DNA of 64,000 bases. It comes from an uncultured Thermoleophilia bacterium. Lineage in GTDB: Bacteria > Actinomycetota > Thermoleophilia > UBA2241. Positions 50,651 to 60,610 of the stretch are shown piece by piece. The DNA lies in assembly GCA_963702475.1 (NCBI GenBank), contig CAVPCT010000004.1, positions 384,001 to 448,000 on the forward strand, given 5' to 3'. The notes below the pieces were generated by a model that had not been told where the DNA came from, did no database searches, and saw nothing but the letters and a program-made list of their open reading frames with translations. Every line of letters begins with the position of its first letter. The stretch's first letter is position 1. The position numbers were made by a program, and so were the translations under genes.

Positions 50651-50944
50651 GCGGAGGGGCAGAAACGGCCTCGAGTCAGGATACGCGCCGCTCCGGAGCG
50701 GGGCAAACGCGGCGCTCTGCGTGCCCTGCAGCTTCGGGCGGCGGCGCGGTTCTCCTGCCTCGCCGCCGCCCGGCTCTTCCTCCCCGCGCGCCCCGGGGAC
50801 TGCCGTTCCTTGCGAGTCGTGGTACCCTCTAACGCTCCAGATGAGGAACGAGGCGGCCCGCGGCGAAAGCTGTGACGGGCCGCCGCCGTGGTCCCCGGCC
50901 GTCCTCAAGCTCCGGCCCGGGCTGCCGACACAGATGCGGAGCGC

Positions 50945-52165
50945 ATGACCAGACTCCCTCACAGACCCCTTCTCGCCATTCTCGCAGCCGGTGCGCTGCT
51001 GGCGTTCGCCGCGGCGAGCGCGCCCGGGGCCCTGGCCCAGAAGTACACCGACGTGACCAAGAAGCATTGGGCCTTCGCCGCCATCACCGCCGTGACGGAG
51101 CGCGGCCCCGAGGGCCACAAGGTGCTGGACGACTACGGCGACCGGTTCAAGCCTGAGGACCCCATCACCCGCGAGCTGCTGGCGCGGTCTCTCGTGCTCG
51201 CCTCCGGGCACTACGGCGAGCACCCGAAGCCCGTGGGCATCAAGGACATGAACGAGTCCGACCGGTACTGGGACGTGGTGCAGGTGGCCCTCGAGTACGG
51301 CTACATGCGGCTGGACGCCGAAGACGAGTTCAGGCCGCAGGAGCCCGTGCCCGCGTACCAGGCTGAGGCGGCCATCGTGCGCTGGCTGCAAGACAGGTAC
51401 ACCTCTGCCGACTGGTCGCTGCTCAAGACGCTCCGCGCGACCGAGTGGGAGCCCAACGACGGCTGGAAGCCGGACGTGCCGGTCTACTTCCCGTACACCG
51501 TCGCGGCACGCCAGCTCGAGCTGCGCTACAACCACCCCTCCGGAGAGGACGCGCACGAGACCTTGCCCACCGAGTCCATCGACCGTGCCGAGATCGCCCA
51601 CATGTTCCAGCGCGCCTACGCTCTGAGCGGTGACTGGCAGCTCTACGGTCTCGCCGACTACAAGAAGGTCACGTTCCCTGCGCTGAGCGACCGGCAGAAG
51701 GAGGTCGCCGCCTTCGCCCTGAAGTACATCGGCTATCCGTACGTGTGGGCCGGCGAGTACCCCACGAAGAAGTCGCCGTACGGCGCGCAGGCCTCCGGCG
51801 GGTTCGACTGCTCGGGCTTCGTCTTCTACGTCATGAAGATGCACTTCGACTACCCGATCACGGTCAACGAGCGTGGCGCCTCCGACATGGCGGAACGCGC
51901 CAAGCCGCGCATCACCCGCAAGAAGCTCCAGACGGGCGACCTCATCTTCTTCGCGCCGCAGGGACCCAAGTCCAAGGTGTCCACCATCTACCACGCCGGC
52001 CTTTACCTGGGGAACGGCTGGTTCATCCACTCCACCGGCTCGAGCGATGGCGTCCACCTGAACTCGCTGGACAGCTCCAGCTACTACAAGAAGTACTTCG
52101 CCTGGGGCCGGCGGCTGCTGGCGGATGACGAGCTGCCGCCGGCGCCGGACGCCGAGACGCCCTGA
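50945..52165 (+). CDS. NlpC/P60 (C40) peptidase with N-terminal SLH-like domains
   Basis: YTDV...HWA, FKP..ITR SLH-like segments; GYPYVWAG, FDCSGF, GDLIFF, HAGLY.G.G.FIHS. Confidence 0.9.
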   Translation: MTRLPHRPLLAILAAGALLAFAAASAPGALAQKYTDVTKKHWAFAAITAVTERGPEGHKVLDDYGDRFKPEDPITRELLARSLVLASGHYGEHPKPVGIKDMNESDRYWDVVQVALEYGYMRLDAEDEFRPQEPVPAYQAEAAIVRWLQDRYTSADWSLLKTLRATEWEPNDGWKPDVPVYFPYTVAARQLELRYNHPSGEDAHETLPTESIDRAEIAHMFQRAYALSGDWQLYGLADYKKVTFPALSDRQKEVAAFALKYIGYPYVWAGEYPTKKSPYGAQASGGFDCSGFVFYVMKMHFDYPITVNERGASDMAERAKPRITRKKLQTGDLIFFAPQGPKSKVSTIYHAGLYLGNGWFIHSTGSSDGVHLNSLDSSSYYKKYFAWGRRLLADDELPPAPDAETP

Positions 52166-52262
52166 CGCGCGGGGCGGGTCGCGCCCTCGCGTGACCGGCG
52201 GCGACAGTCCGGGTGCCGGCCCCGGCGCCCCGGCGGCGTTGGGCATGGGCTACACTCCCTCG

Positions 52263-53027
52263 ATGCGCGGCCGCCGGGTCCTCCTCCTGCTCATCGTCCT
52301 GCTCGCCGCCATGGGTGTGCCGGCGTCGGCGGCGCAGGCCGTGGCCGGTGTCGCGCCGCCGCTCGTCGCTCCACACGTGTCGCTCCGTGCGCCGAAGAGC
52401 CCGTGGCTCGGCGATACGGTGCCGGTGACGATCTCGGTGGACCCGGCGCTGCCGGGCGCGCCCGTCTCGTTCGAGATCCTGCGCGCCGAAGGCTGGACCG
52501 AGGAGGCCACCGCCACGCTCGACACCGCCTCGCGGGCGCGCGTCGCCTGGAGTCCGGACTCGTACGGCCCGACGCGGCTGCGCGCGTCGCTGCCGGCCGG
52601 CGCCGGCCACGACGCCGCCTCGTCCGAGGAGCAGCGCGTGATCGTCAACCGGCCCAACCGGCACCGCGTGCCGTACAGGTACGCGCACTACCTCGTGAAC
52701 GTGCTGCACGAGTACAAGCTGTACTACTACGAGCACGGCGCCGTGGTGCGGAGCTTCGGCGTCGCACTCGGCCGGCCGGGGTACCGCACCCCCCTGGGGA
52801 CCTTCCGCATCTACGGCAAGCGCAAGCCGGCCGGCGGCGCCCTCGGCTCGTGCGCGATGTTCTACCGCCGCCGGGGAGGCATCGCCATCCACGGGACGAA
52901 CCAGCCCCATCTGCTGCGGCGCTTTCCGAGGCCGTTCTCGCACGGGTGCTCGCGCATGCGCAACGACGAGGCGCTGTGGCTGTACGCTCGCGTGCCGAGC
53001 GGGACGACGGTGCACAACGTCCGCTGA
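52263..53027 (+). CDS. L,D-transpeptidase (YkuD)
   Basis: Signal peptide; TPLGTF.I, IAIHGT...SHGCSRM; TACACT 6 nt before ATG. Confidence 0.9.
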   Translation: MRGRRVLLLLIVLLAAMGVPASAAQAVAGVAPPLVAPHVSLRAPKSPWLGDTVPVTISVDPALPGAPVSFEILRAEGWTEEATATLDTASRARVAWSPDSYGPTRLRASLPAGAGHDAASSEEQRVIVNRPNRHRVPYRYAHYLVNVLHEYKLYYYEHGAVVRSFGVALGRPGYRTPLGTFRIYGKRKPAGGALGSCAMFYRRRGGIAIHGTNQPHLLRRFPRPFSHGCSRMRNDEALWLYARVPSGTTVHNVR

Positions 53028-53102
53028 CCGCCGGGCGGCCTCTGGTCGCCCACGGCCACGGTGCCGTAGACTCTTGAGCGGTCGAACGCTCAGGAGGGAG
53101 CC

Positions 53103-54152
53103 GTGCGGTCGTTCATCAGATCACTCGCGCCGGCAGTGCTCGCACTCGCACTCGCGACCGCTGTGCTGGCTGCGGGCGCCGGTGTGTCCGCGGCTTCCGC
53201 GCAGCCCCGCGATCCCGGTCTTACGCTGCAGGCCGCACCGGGCGCCCTCAAGTACGGCGAGAGCGTGCGTCTGCAGGTCCACCTCAGTGCTTCGGGAGTC
53301 CAGGTCCAGCTCAGCCGGGCGTCCGCCGGCGACGCGGTGTTCGCGCCGCTGCGGACGCTCGTGACGGACGGCCGGGGTGACGCGAGCTGGGCCGACACCC
53401 CGTCGGGCAGCTCCGTCTACAGGGTCGACTTCGCCGGCGACGGGACGTGGGGGGCAGGCAGCGCCGAGACGAGCGTCACCGTCAAGGCGAAGGTCTTGCT
53501 CTCCACGAGCTCCGGAGCCAAGGTCGCTGCCGGCGACGCCGTCACCGTGAGGGTGGGCATCTCGCCCGCTGTCGCCGCGGCGCCGGTCACCCTCCAGGAG
53601 TGGGACGCCGCGCGCGGGTCGTGGCGGACGCTGGCGACGGTGACGCCCGACGGCCAGGGGCTGGCGCGGTGGGCGTGGCGGCCGAGCGAGCTCGGTCGCC
53701 ATCGGCTCCGCGCCGTCCTCAGCGCCTCTGCGGCGTCGCCCCTCTCGACCAGCGGCGTCCGCAGCGTCCACGTGTACGACCGGAGCGATCCCTACGGGGT
53801 GCCCGCGTCGTATGCGCACCTCATCCTCGTCGATCTCTCACAGTACAAGCTCTACTACTACGAGCACGGGCGGGTGGTCCGCACGTTCGCATGCGTCCTG
53901 GGCAGGCCGTCGCTGCCCACGCCGAAGGGTCACTTCAAGATCTACGCCAAGGATCCGAGCATGTACGGTCCGTACGGCCCGCGCCGCATGCGCTACCTCG
54001 GGCTCTACGCCATCCACGGCACCAACGAGCCGTGGCTGCTGGATCGTTGGCCGCGCAACTACTCTCACGGCTGCACGCGCCTCTCCAACGCGAACATCGT
54101 CTGGCTGTTCGACCGGGTGCACGTCGGCACGCCGGTCTGGAACGTGCCTTGA
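53103..54152 (+). CDS. L,D-transpeptidase (YkuD)
   Basis: Signal peptide, Ig-like segments; TPKGHF, YAIHGT...SHGCTRL, GTPV. Confidence 0.9.
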   Translation: MRSFIRSLAPAVLALALATAVLAAGAGVSAASAQPRDPGLTLQAAPGALKYGESVRLQVHLSASGVQVQLSRASAGDAVFAPLRTLVTDGRGDASWADTPSGSSVYRVDFAGDGTWGAGSAETSVTVKAKVLLSTSSGAKVAAGDAVTVRVGISPAVAAAPVTLQEWDAARGSWRTLATVTPDGQGLARWAWRPSELGRHRLRAVLSASAASPLSTSGVRSVHVYDRSDPYGVPASYAHLILVDLSQYKLYYYEHGRVVRTFACVLGRPSLPTPKGHFKIYAKDPSMYGPYGPRRMRYLGLYAIHGTNEPWLLDRWPRNYSHGCTRLSNANIVWLFDRVHVGTPVWNVP

Positions 54153-54243
54153 CCTGGGCCGCCGGGCTGGGCCGACCGGGGGGATCACCCCCTTCGGGTA
54201 GCGCCGCGCGCGTCCGCGGGCGGCGCGCCGCCGACCGCGCGCG

Positions 54244-55254
54244 TCAGACCTGCGTGTCGAGCTCCGCGTACTGCCGCGTGTAGAACTCGCGCCACTCCCC
54301 GGACTTGAGCGGCCGCCACCACTCCGGGTGGTCGCGGTACCAAGCGACGGTACGCGCGAGGCCCGCCTCGAACGTCACTTCAGGGCGCCACCCCAAAGCC
54401 CGGAGCTTCGAGCAGTCGATAGCGTAGCGCCTGTCGTGCCCCGGGCGGTCGGCCACGTAGCGGATGAGGTCCGTGCCCTTGCCGAGCAGCTCGAGGATGC
54501 GGTGCGTCAGGGTGAGGTTCTGCACCTCGTTGCCGCCGCCGATGTTGTAGACCTGCCCGGGCATGCCCTCGCGCAGCACCAGGTCGATGCCCGCGCAATT
54601 GTCGTCCACGTACAGCCAGTCGCGCACGTTGAGCCCGTCGCCGTACACCGGCAGCGGCCGGTCGTCGATGGCGTTGGTGATGAACAGCGGCACGATCTTC
54701 TCCGGATACTGGTACGCCCCGTAGTTGTTGGAGCTGCGGGTGATGAGGACGGGAGTGCCATAGGTCCTGTGGTAGGCGAGCACGAGGAGGTCTGCCCCCG
54801 CCTTGCTCGCGGAGTACGGACTGGAGGGGTCGAGGTCCGACTCCTCGGTGAAGGCGCCGGTCTCCGTGCTCCCATAGACTTCATCGGTGCCGATCTGCAG
54901 GTAGCGCGGGATCTCCAGAGCGCGCACGGCCTCGAGCAGCGTGTGCGTGCCCAGGACGTCTGTGCTGATGAAGTCCTGCGGCCCGCTGATGGAGCGGTCC
55001 ACGTGGGTCTCGGCGGCGAAGTTCACGACGGCGTCGGCGTTGCGTAGCACTCCGCCGACCATGGCCGCATCGCAGATGTCGCCACGCACGAACGTGTACC
55101 GTGGGTCGTCCTGCACGTCGCGCAGGTTCTGCAGGTTGCCGGCGTACGTGAGCTTGTCGAGGTTCACGATCTCGACATCGTCGTGCCGCCGCAACATGAA
55201 GCGCACGAAGTTGGAGCCGATGAAGCCGGCGCCGCCTGTGACCACGAGTCTCAC
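54244..55254 (-). CDS. rfbB: dTDP-glucose 4,6-dehydratase
   Basis: TGGAGFIGS, DKLTYAGN, AAETHVDRSI, TDEVYG, YSASK, DRPGHDRRY. Confidence 0.96.
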   Translation of the reverse strand: MRLVVTGGAGFIGSNFVRFMLRRHDDVEIVNLDKLTYAGNLQNLRDVQDDPRYTFVRGDICDAAMVGGVLRNADAVVNFAAETHVDRSISGPQDFISTDVLGTHTLLEAVRALEIPRYLQIGTDEVYGSTETGAFTEESDLDPSSPYSASKAGADLLVLAYHRTYGTPVLITRSSNNYGAYQYPEKIVPLFITNAIDDRPLPVYGDGLNVRDWLYVDDNCAGIDLVLREGMPGQVYNIGGGNEVQNLTLTHRILELLGKGTDLIRYVADRPGHDRRYAIDCSKLRALGWRPEVTFEAGLARTVAWYRDHPEWWRPLKSGEWREFYTRQYAELDTQV

Positions 55255-55297
55255 GTGCCTTCCTCCTTGTCGGGGCGCCGGGCGGACGGCAGACCGA

Positions 55298-56203
55298 TCA
55301 GCCCCGCGGGATCAGCCGGTCGACGCACTCGGCCACGCCGTCGGCCCAGTGCGGGAGCCGCGGGATGGGCCGTTCGCTGACGAGCGCGGAGAAGGCGGGC
55401 CGCGGTGCCGGCCGGCCCGCCTCTTGGGTGGTGATCGGCAGGACGTCGACGGCCATGCCGGCGAGCTCGACGACCTCGCGGGCGAGTTCGCACCAGGAGC
55501 AGTAGCCGCCCCCGGCCATGTGGTAGATGCCGGGCCCGAGGCCATGGGTGAGGGCCTCGGCGATGCCCGCCGCCAGATGTGCGGCGTAGGTGGGCGAGCC
55601 GACCTGGTCGTCCACGACCCTCAGCGGCTCGCCGGCCGCGGCCTTCTCCCGGCCAACGCGCAGGATCGTCTTCACGAAGTTGTGGCCGGTCTCGCTGAAC
55701 AGCCAGGCGGTGCGGATGGAGATGCCTCGTGCGCACTCGAGCACGGCGTGCTCGCCTTCGAGCTTGGTGCGGCCGTACACGCTGAGCGGGTGGGTGGGGT
55801 CGCTCTCCACGTACGGCGAGCCCTTGGTGCCGTCGAAGACGTAGTCGGAGCTGATGTAGACGAGCGAGGTGTGTGTACCGCGCACGGCCCGCACCACGTT
55901 GCGCGTGCCCTGCACGTTGACGGCCTCGGCCACCTTCGGGTCGGCCTCGGCCCCGTCCACGTCGGTGTACGCAGCCGCGTGGACGACGACGTCCGGCGCG
56001 AACGCATGCACCGCCGTGTACACGGCGACCTCGTCGCGGATGTCGAGCGCCTCTTCGTGGCTCAAGAAGACGTCGCCCTCGAGCACGGCGGCCAGGGCGG
56101 TGGCCAGCTGGCCGCCGGCGCCTGTGACGAACCAGCGCGTGGCCTCGCGGAGCGGTGACCCTCCGGCGCCCCGCTCGATAGCATCCCTTCGGAGGCTATT
56201 CAC
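55298..56203 (-). CDS. rfbD: dTDP-4-dehydrorhamnose reductase
   Basis: TGAGGQL, AAYTDVD.AE, SSDYVFDG, YGRTK, DDQVGSPT; start uncertain. Confidence 0.93.
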   Translation of the reverse strand: MNSLRRDAIERGAGGSPLREATRWFVTGAGGQLATALAAVLEGDVFLSHEEALDIRDEVAVYTAVHAFAPDVVVHAAAYTDVDGAEADPKVAEAVNVQGTRNVVRAVRGTHTSLVYISSDYVFDGTKGSPYVESDPTHPLSVYGRTKLEGEHAVLECARGISIRTAWLFSETGHNFVKTILRVGREKAAAGEPLRVVDDQVGSPTYAAHLAAGIAEALTHGLGPGIYHMAGGGYCSWCELAREVVELAGMAVDVLPITTQEAGRPAPRPAFSALVSERPIPRLPHWADGVAECVDRLIPRG

Positions 56204-56225
56204 GGCAGGTGACCCGTGCCCGGTC

Positions 56226-56714
56226 TCACCGTAGCCGCACGCCCCAGTCGTAGGCGATCGCGGGCGTGTCGTGCGGCAGCTCGTGCTGGTCTGGAGCGTC
56301 GTACTTGTAGACCTCTGTCGGCGCGTTGACGATGTAGGCCTCCTCCTGGCTGACGCACTTCCAGCCATGCCAGAGGCCCGGGGGTACGCGCACCAGCAGG
56401 GGGTTGTGCTCGCCGAGGAAGAACTGGTCGATCTGGCCGGCCGTCGGCGAGGCCGGCTGTCCGGGCGCGGCGGCCTCTCCCTTCACGCCGCGCCCGTCGA
56501 AGAGCACGAGTTTGACCATGCCCTTGACGCACACGATGTTGTCCCACTGCTCCTCGTGCAGGTGCCAGCCCTTCACGACCCCGGGGAACGTGGTCGTCAT
56601 GTAGAACTGCCCGAAGCGGACGAAAAGGTCGTCGTCGCAGCGCAGGCATTCCATGAGTCGGCCGCGCTCGTCGGGGATGACCTTGAGCTTCTTGACCACG
56701 ACGCCGTCGATCAT
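56226..56714 (-). CDS. rfbC: dTDP-4-dehydrorhamnose 3,5-epimerase
   Basis: DERG, GVVKGWHLH, VPPGLWHG cupin motifs, within the rml operon. Confidence 0.92.
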   Translation of the reverse strand: MIDGVVVKKLKVIPDERGRLMECLRCDDDLFVRFGQFYMTTTFPGVVKGWHLHEEQWDNIVCVKGMVKLVLFDGRGVKGEAAAPGQPASPTAGQIDQFFLGEHNPLLVRVPPGLWHGWKCVSQEEAYIVNAPTEVYKYDAPDQHELPHDTPAIAYDWGVRLR

Positions 56715-56736
56715 GCTGGTCCTCTCCGCGGTCGAC

Positions 56737-57798
56737 CTACAGGATGCCGATTCGGCACGAGTCGCCCACCATGAAGCGGTAAGCCACCGGGCGAGCGGCG
56801 CTGTGCGCAATGACGCAATCGCGGCCGATGAGGCTGTCGCACATGCGCGTGCCGAGGTGCGAGATGCGGCTGTTCTCGAGGATGATGGAATGTTCGATCT
56901 CGCTGGACTCGACCACGACGCCGTCGCTGATCGCGGTGTACGGCCCGATGAAGGCGTCGGTGAGGCGGCAGCCCGCTCCGATGACGACCGGGCCACGGAC
57001 GGTGCAGCGTGTGAGGACGCTGCCCGCGCCGATCTGCACCGGCCCCTCGACGTCGCAGTCGTCGGCCTGCCCCTCGATGCGGCGCTCGATAGTGCCCAGG
57101 ATCAGGCGGTTGGCCTCGAGCATGTCCTCGAGCTTGCCCGTGTCCTTCCACCAGCCACGCACCACGTGCGGCTCGACGCGCAGGCCTCGGTCGATCATGT
57201 GCTGGATGGCGTCGGTGATCTCGAGCTCGCCGCGGGCCGACGGTGTGATGGCCTTCACGCTTGCGAAGACGGCCGGCGTGAAGAGGTACACGCCGACCAG
57301 AGCGAGGTCGCTGTGCGGCTCGGCGGGCTTCTCCACGAGCCGCACCACGCGGCCGTCGTCGAGCTCCGCGATCCCGTACGACTTGGGATCCGCGACCTGC
57401 TGGAGGAGAATGAGGGCGTCTGGCCCACTCTCCTGAAAGTCGCGCACGAACGGGGCGATGCCCTCCTTGAGGAGGTTGTCGCCCAGGTACATGACGAACG
57501 GGCTGCCGCCCAGATAGGCCTCGCTGATGAGCACCGCGTGCGCGAGGCCCAGCGGAGCCTCCTGCTGCAAGTAGGTGACGGTGAGGCCGAAGCGAGCGCC
57601 GTCGCCGACGGCTGCCTCGATCTCGGCGTGCGTCTCACCGACCACGATGCCGACCTCGGTGATGCCGGCGGCACGCATGGCCTCGAGCCCGTAGAACAGC
57701 ACCGGCTTGTTGGCCACTGGCACGAGCTGCTTCGCGGACGTGTGGGTGATGGGGCGCAGACGGGTGCCGGCGCCGCCGCTGAGGATGAGTCCCTTCAT
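56737..57798 (-). CDS. rfbA: Glucose-1-phosphate thymidylyltransferase (long form)
   Basis: MKGLILSGGAGTRLRPIT..KQL.PVANKP, GLAHA, LGDN, VEKP, ARGELEITD. Confidence 0.95.
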   Translation of the reverse strand: MKGLILSGGAGTRLRPITHTSAKQLVPVANKPVLFYGLEAMRAAGITEVGIVVGETHAEIEAAVGDGARFGLTVTYLQQEAPLGLAHAVLISEAYLGGSPFVMYLGDNLLKEGIAPFVRDFQESGPDALILLQQVADPKSYGIAELDDGRVVRLVEKPAEPHSDLALVGVYLFTPAVFASVKAITPSARGELEITDAIQHMIDRGLRVEPHVVRGWWKDTGKLEDMLEANRLILGTIERRIEGQADDCDVEGPVQIGAGSVLTRCTVRGPVVIGAGCRLTDAFIGPYTAISDGVVVESSEIEHSIILENSRISHLGTRMCDSLIGRDCVIAHSAARPVAYRFMVGDSCRIGIL

Positions 57799-57817
57799 GG
57801 GCCGAGCCCTCCGGGTC

Positions 57818-58093
57818 TCAGATGGTCTCGTCGCCGGTGAGTTCGGCGTCTGTCTCGGTGGAGAGCAGGTCGAGTACGCGGCGCTCGTCCACCGCCTTGC
57901 CGACGAACACGACGTTGGGGCCGGCATACAGGGTCACCCGGGCGCCGACGGGCAGCGCCAGCTCGGCGCCCTCGAGCACGATGTTGGTGAGCGTGGAGTG
58001 CTCCACGTCTCGTTCGACCTCGCAGCTGTCGATGGCGAACGGCTGCGCCTCACCGATCTGCAGGCGAGGTTCCCTGTCGGCCTCTATCCTCAC
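57818..58093 (-). CDS. Hypothetical protein (91 aa)
   Basis: TATACT 7 nt before GTG (leaderless), GC3 bias, directly upstream of rfbA. Confidence 0.6.
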   Translation of the reverse strand: MRIEADREPRLQIGEAQPFAIDSCEVERDVEHSTLTNIVLEGAELALPVGARVTLYAGPNVVFVGKAVDERRVLDLLSTETDAELTGDETI

Positions 58094-58138
58094 GGGCGAG
58101 AGTATAGCAGCAGGGCGTAAGGGCGCCGTGGGCGCCTG

Positions 58139-58642
58139 TCAGGTGGCGAAGCTCAAGTAGGGGCGCCAGCTCTCGTGGATGTGATCGACGTGAAGGTACA
58201 CGAAGGCGGCCGGCTCCGGCGGACGAGGCCTGCGCGCCAGGCGCAGTCCCGCTGCGTTCGCCGGCCTGTCGCCTTTCTTGCGGTTGCACGGGGCGCACGA
58301 GGTCACGAGGTTGTCCCACGTGTCGGCGCCGCCCTTGGAGCGCGGTACGACGTGGTCCACCGTGAGGTGCCGGTCGCTGCCGCAGTACTGGCAGCGGTGG
58401 CGGTCCCGCGCGAACACGGCCCGGCGTGAGATGCGCGCCGAGGCGCGGTGACGCGGGATGCTCACGTAGGCACGCAGGCGGATAACTGAGGGCAGGTCGT
58501 GCGCTGCGTGCTCGCTGCGAAAAGCGGCGCCGGACAGCTCCAGCACCTCGGCCTTGTCCTTGAGGAGGAGCACCAGTGCGCGACGCACGCTGCAGACGTT
58601 CAGCGGCTCGTAGGTGGTGTTCAGGACAAGCACCTTCCGCAT
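58139..58642 (-). CDS. HNH endonuclease (McrA-like, conserved actinobacterial type)
   Basis: VLVLNTTYEPL, PSVIRL, RD..RCQYCG...TVDHVVPRSKGG..W.NLV..C..CN..K. Confidence 0.93.
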   Translation of the reverse strand: MRKVLVLNTTYEPLNVCSVRRALVLLLKDKAEVLELSGAAFRSEHAAHDLPSVIRLRAYVSIPRHRASARISRRAVFARDRHRCQYCGSDRHLTVDHVVPRSKGGADTWDNLVTSCAPCNRKKGDRPANAAGLRLARRPRPPEPAAFVYLHVDHIHESWRPYLSFAT

Positions 58643-58720
58643 CGTGGACGATGGTAACAGAAACGCGTGCGCGCGTGACCACGGAGTCGGCGGTCCGGGT
58701 CGCGTCGGTATACTCCGGGT

Positions 58721-60076
58721 GTGGACCTCTTTTCGATGAGCGACGAGCAGGTCGCGGCCGAGGCGCCGCTGGCGGCGCGCATGCGGCCGCGCACTATCGC
58801 CGAGTTCGCCGGCCAGGAGCACATCGTGGGCCCGGGGACGGTGCTGCGCGCCGCCGTCGAGGGCGGCGCGCTCTTCAGCATGCTCTTCTTCGGGCCGCCG
58901 GGCTGCGGTAAGACGACGCTGGCGCGGCTCATCGCTCGCCAGACCGGGGCGCGCCTCGTGCAGCTCTCGGCCGTCAGCTCTGGGACGGCCGACGTGCGGG
59001 CCGCGATCCAGGGCGCGCGCGAGGCGCGCGCCCTCAGCGCGGCCCGCACCGTCCTCTTCATCGACGAGATCCATCGCTTCAACAAGGCGCAACAGGATGC
59101 TCTGCTCCCGGCGATCGAGGACGGGATCGTCGCGCTCATCGGGGCGACTACCGAGAACCCCTACTTCGAGGTCAACTCCGCCCTGCTCTCCCGCTGTCAG
59201 CTGTACCGCTTCGAACCGCTGGACGCGGAGCTGGTGGAGCATGTGGTGCAGGCCGCGCTGGACGACGGCGAGCGCGGCCTGGGCGGCAAAGGCGTCACGC
59301 TCGACCCGGGCGGCCTCGCTTTCCTCTCCCGGATCTCGCGCGGCGACGCGCGCGTCGCGCTCAACGCGCTCGAGACAGCGTGGCGCTCCCGGGCCGCCGC
59401 GGCGCCGGCCGCGCCCGTCACCCTCACGGTGGACGACCTCCGCGACGCCGCCCAGAAGAGCCCGGTCTCCTACGACCGCGACGACGCCCACTACGACACC
59501 ATCTCGGCGTTCATCAAGAGCATGCGTGGCAGCGACCCCGACGCCGCCGTCTACTACCTTGCCTCGATGATCGCCGGCGGGGAGGACCCTCGGTTCCTCG
59601 CGCGGCGCATGATCGTGTTCGCCAGCGAGGACGTCGGCAACGCCGATCCGCGCGCGCTCGAGGTCGCAGTCGCCGCGTCGCGTGCAGTGGAGTGGGTCGG
59701 CCTGCCGGAGTGCCGTATCACGCTCAGCCAGGCGGCGACGTACCTCGCCCTCGCGCCCAAGAGCAACGCAGCGTACAAAGCCATCGACGCGGCGCTCGAG
59801 GACGTGCGGAGGCAGGGCAATCTGCCTCCGCCGCCGCACCTGCGCAGCTCCAACTATCGCGGGGCCGAGCAGCTGGGCCACGGCAAGGGCTACGAGTACC
59901 CGCACGGTCGCGGCGGCTGGGTCAAGCAGCAGTATCTGCCCGACGAGCTCTCAGGCCGCCGGTACTACGTGCCGATACGCGGAGTCGAGTGGAAGATGGC
60001 GGCCCGCCTCGAAGAAGACAAGCGGCGGGCCGCAGCAGCGGACGCGCCGACGGGATCCGGAGTCGCAGATGAGTAG
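58721..60076 (+). CDS. rarA: Replication-associated recombination protein A (AAA+)
   Basis: PLAARMRP, GPPGCGKTT, FIDEIHRFNKAQQD, ATTENP, SAFIKSMRGSD, SEDVGNADP. Confidence 0.96.
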   Translation: MDLFSMSDEQVAAEAPLAARMRPRTIAEFAGQEHIVGPGTVLRAAVEGGALFSMLFFGPPGCGKTTLARLIARQTGARLVQLSAVSSGTADVRAAIQGAREARALSAARTVLFIDEIHRFNKAQQDALLPAIEDGIVALIGATTENPYFEVNSALLSRCQLYRFEPLDAELVEHVVQAALDDGERGLGGKGVTLDPGGLAFLSRISRGDARVALNALETAWRSRAAAAPAAPVTLTVDDLRDAAQKSPVSYDRDDAHYDTISAFIKSMRGSDPDAAVYYLASMIAGGEDPRFLARRMIVFASEDVGNADPRALEVAVAASRAVEWVGLPECRITLSQAATYLALAPKSNAAYKAIDAALEDVRRQGNLPPPPHLRSSNYRGAEQLGHGKGYEYPHGRGGWVKQQYLPDELSGRRYYVPIRGVEWKMAARLEEDKRRAAAADAPTGSGVADE

Positions 60077-60464
60077 CCTTGCCGTCACCATCGTGGTCTT
60101 CGTCGCTGTGGCCCTGATCGGGCTGGCCGCGGTGTGGTGGTACGCCAACAGGGTGAAGCGCGATCTCGACGACTCAGCCGGGGTCGTGGCCGGCGCTCGC
60201 GGCGTCATCGAGCTGCGTCCCGAGAGCGTGGCGCAGCTGCGCGCGCTCACGTCCGAGCCCATCCTGCTCAAGCAGAATGAGGAAGGCGTGCGCGTGCAGA
60301 TCGAGCACCGGCCGATGATGCCGCTGCGGGCGTTTCTCGGCAAGGACGCGGCCGGGGCGCTGCAGGAGGTCGCGGGGGAGGTCTCGGAGCGCTGGGGCGT
60401 GAAGTGGGTCGTGCTGGTCGACGCTGGCGACCCGGAACGTGTGACGGTCAAGCGCCTGGCCTGA
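60069..60464 (+). CDS. Hypothetical membrane-anchored protein
   Basis: N-terminal TM; start overlaps the rarA 3' end. Confidence 0.7.
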   Translation: MSSLAVTIVVFVAVALIGLAAVWWYANRVKRDLDDSAGVVAGARGVIELRPESVAQLRALTSEPILLKQNEEGVRVQIEHRPMMPLRAFLGKDAAGALQEVAGEVSERWGVKWVVLVDAGDPERVTVKRLA

Positions 60465-60610
60465 GCGGGCTTGTTCCTTCGCCATGCGACGCGGTGTATA
60501 CAGGACTGTACACTGGTAAAGGGAACGGTCCTTTCTTCCGAAGTACAGACAGCCGGGATCGCGTTCGCGCAGGCCCGGGACGACGCTGGCTACCGCCCTA
60601 GGAGGCTGTG

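Noticed and set aside
49157-52246. 1029-aa ORF as a single protein (likewise 21440-23806 and 58139-59905)
   Set aside because: The upstream parts are antisense or off-frame to other clear genes; the true starts are 50650, 22666 and 58642.
58139-58642. HNH nuclease as a mobile or defence element
   Set aside because: It matches the conserved housekeeping-context actinobacterial HNH type, with no flanking repeats, methylase or intron features.
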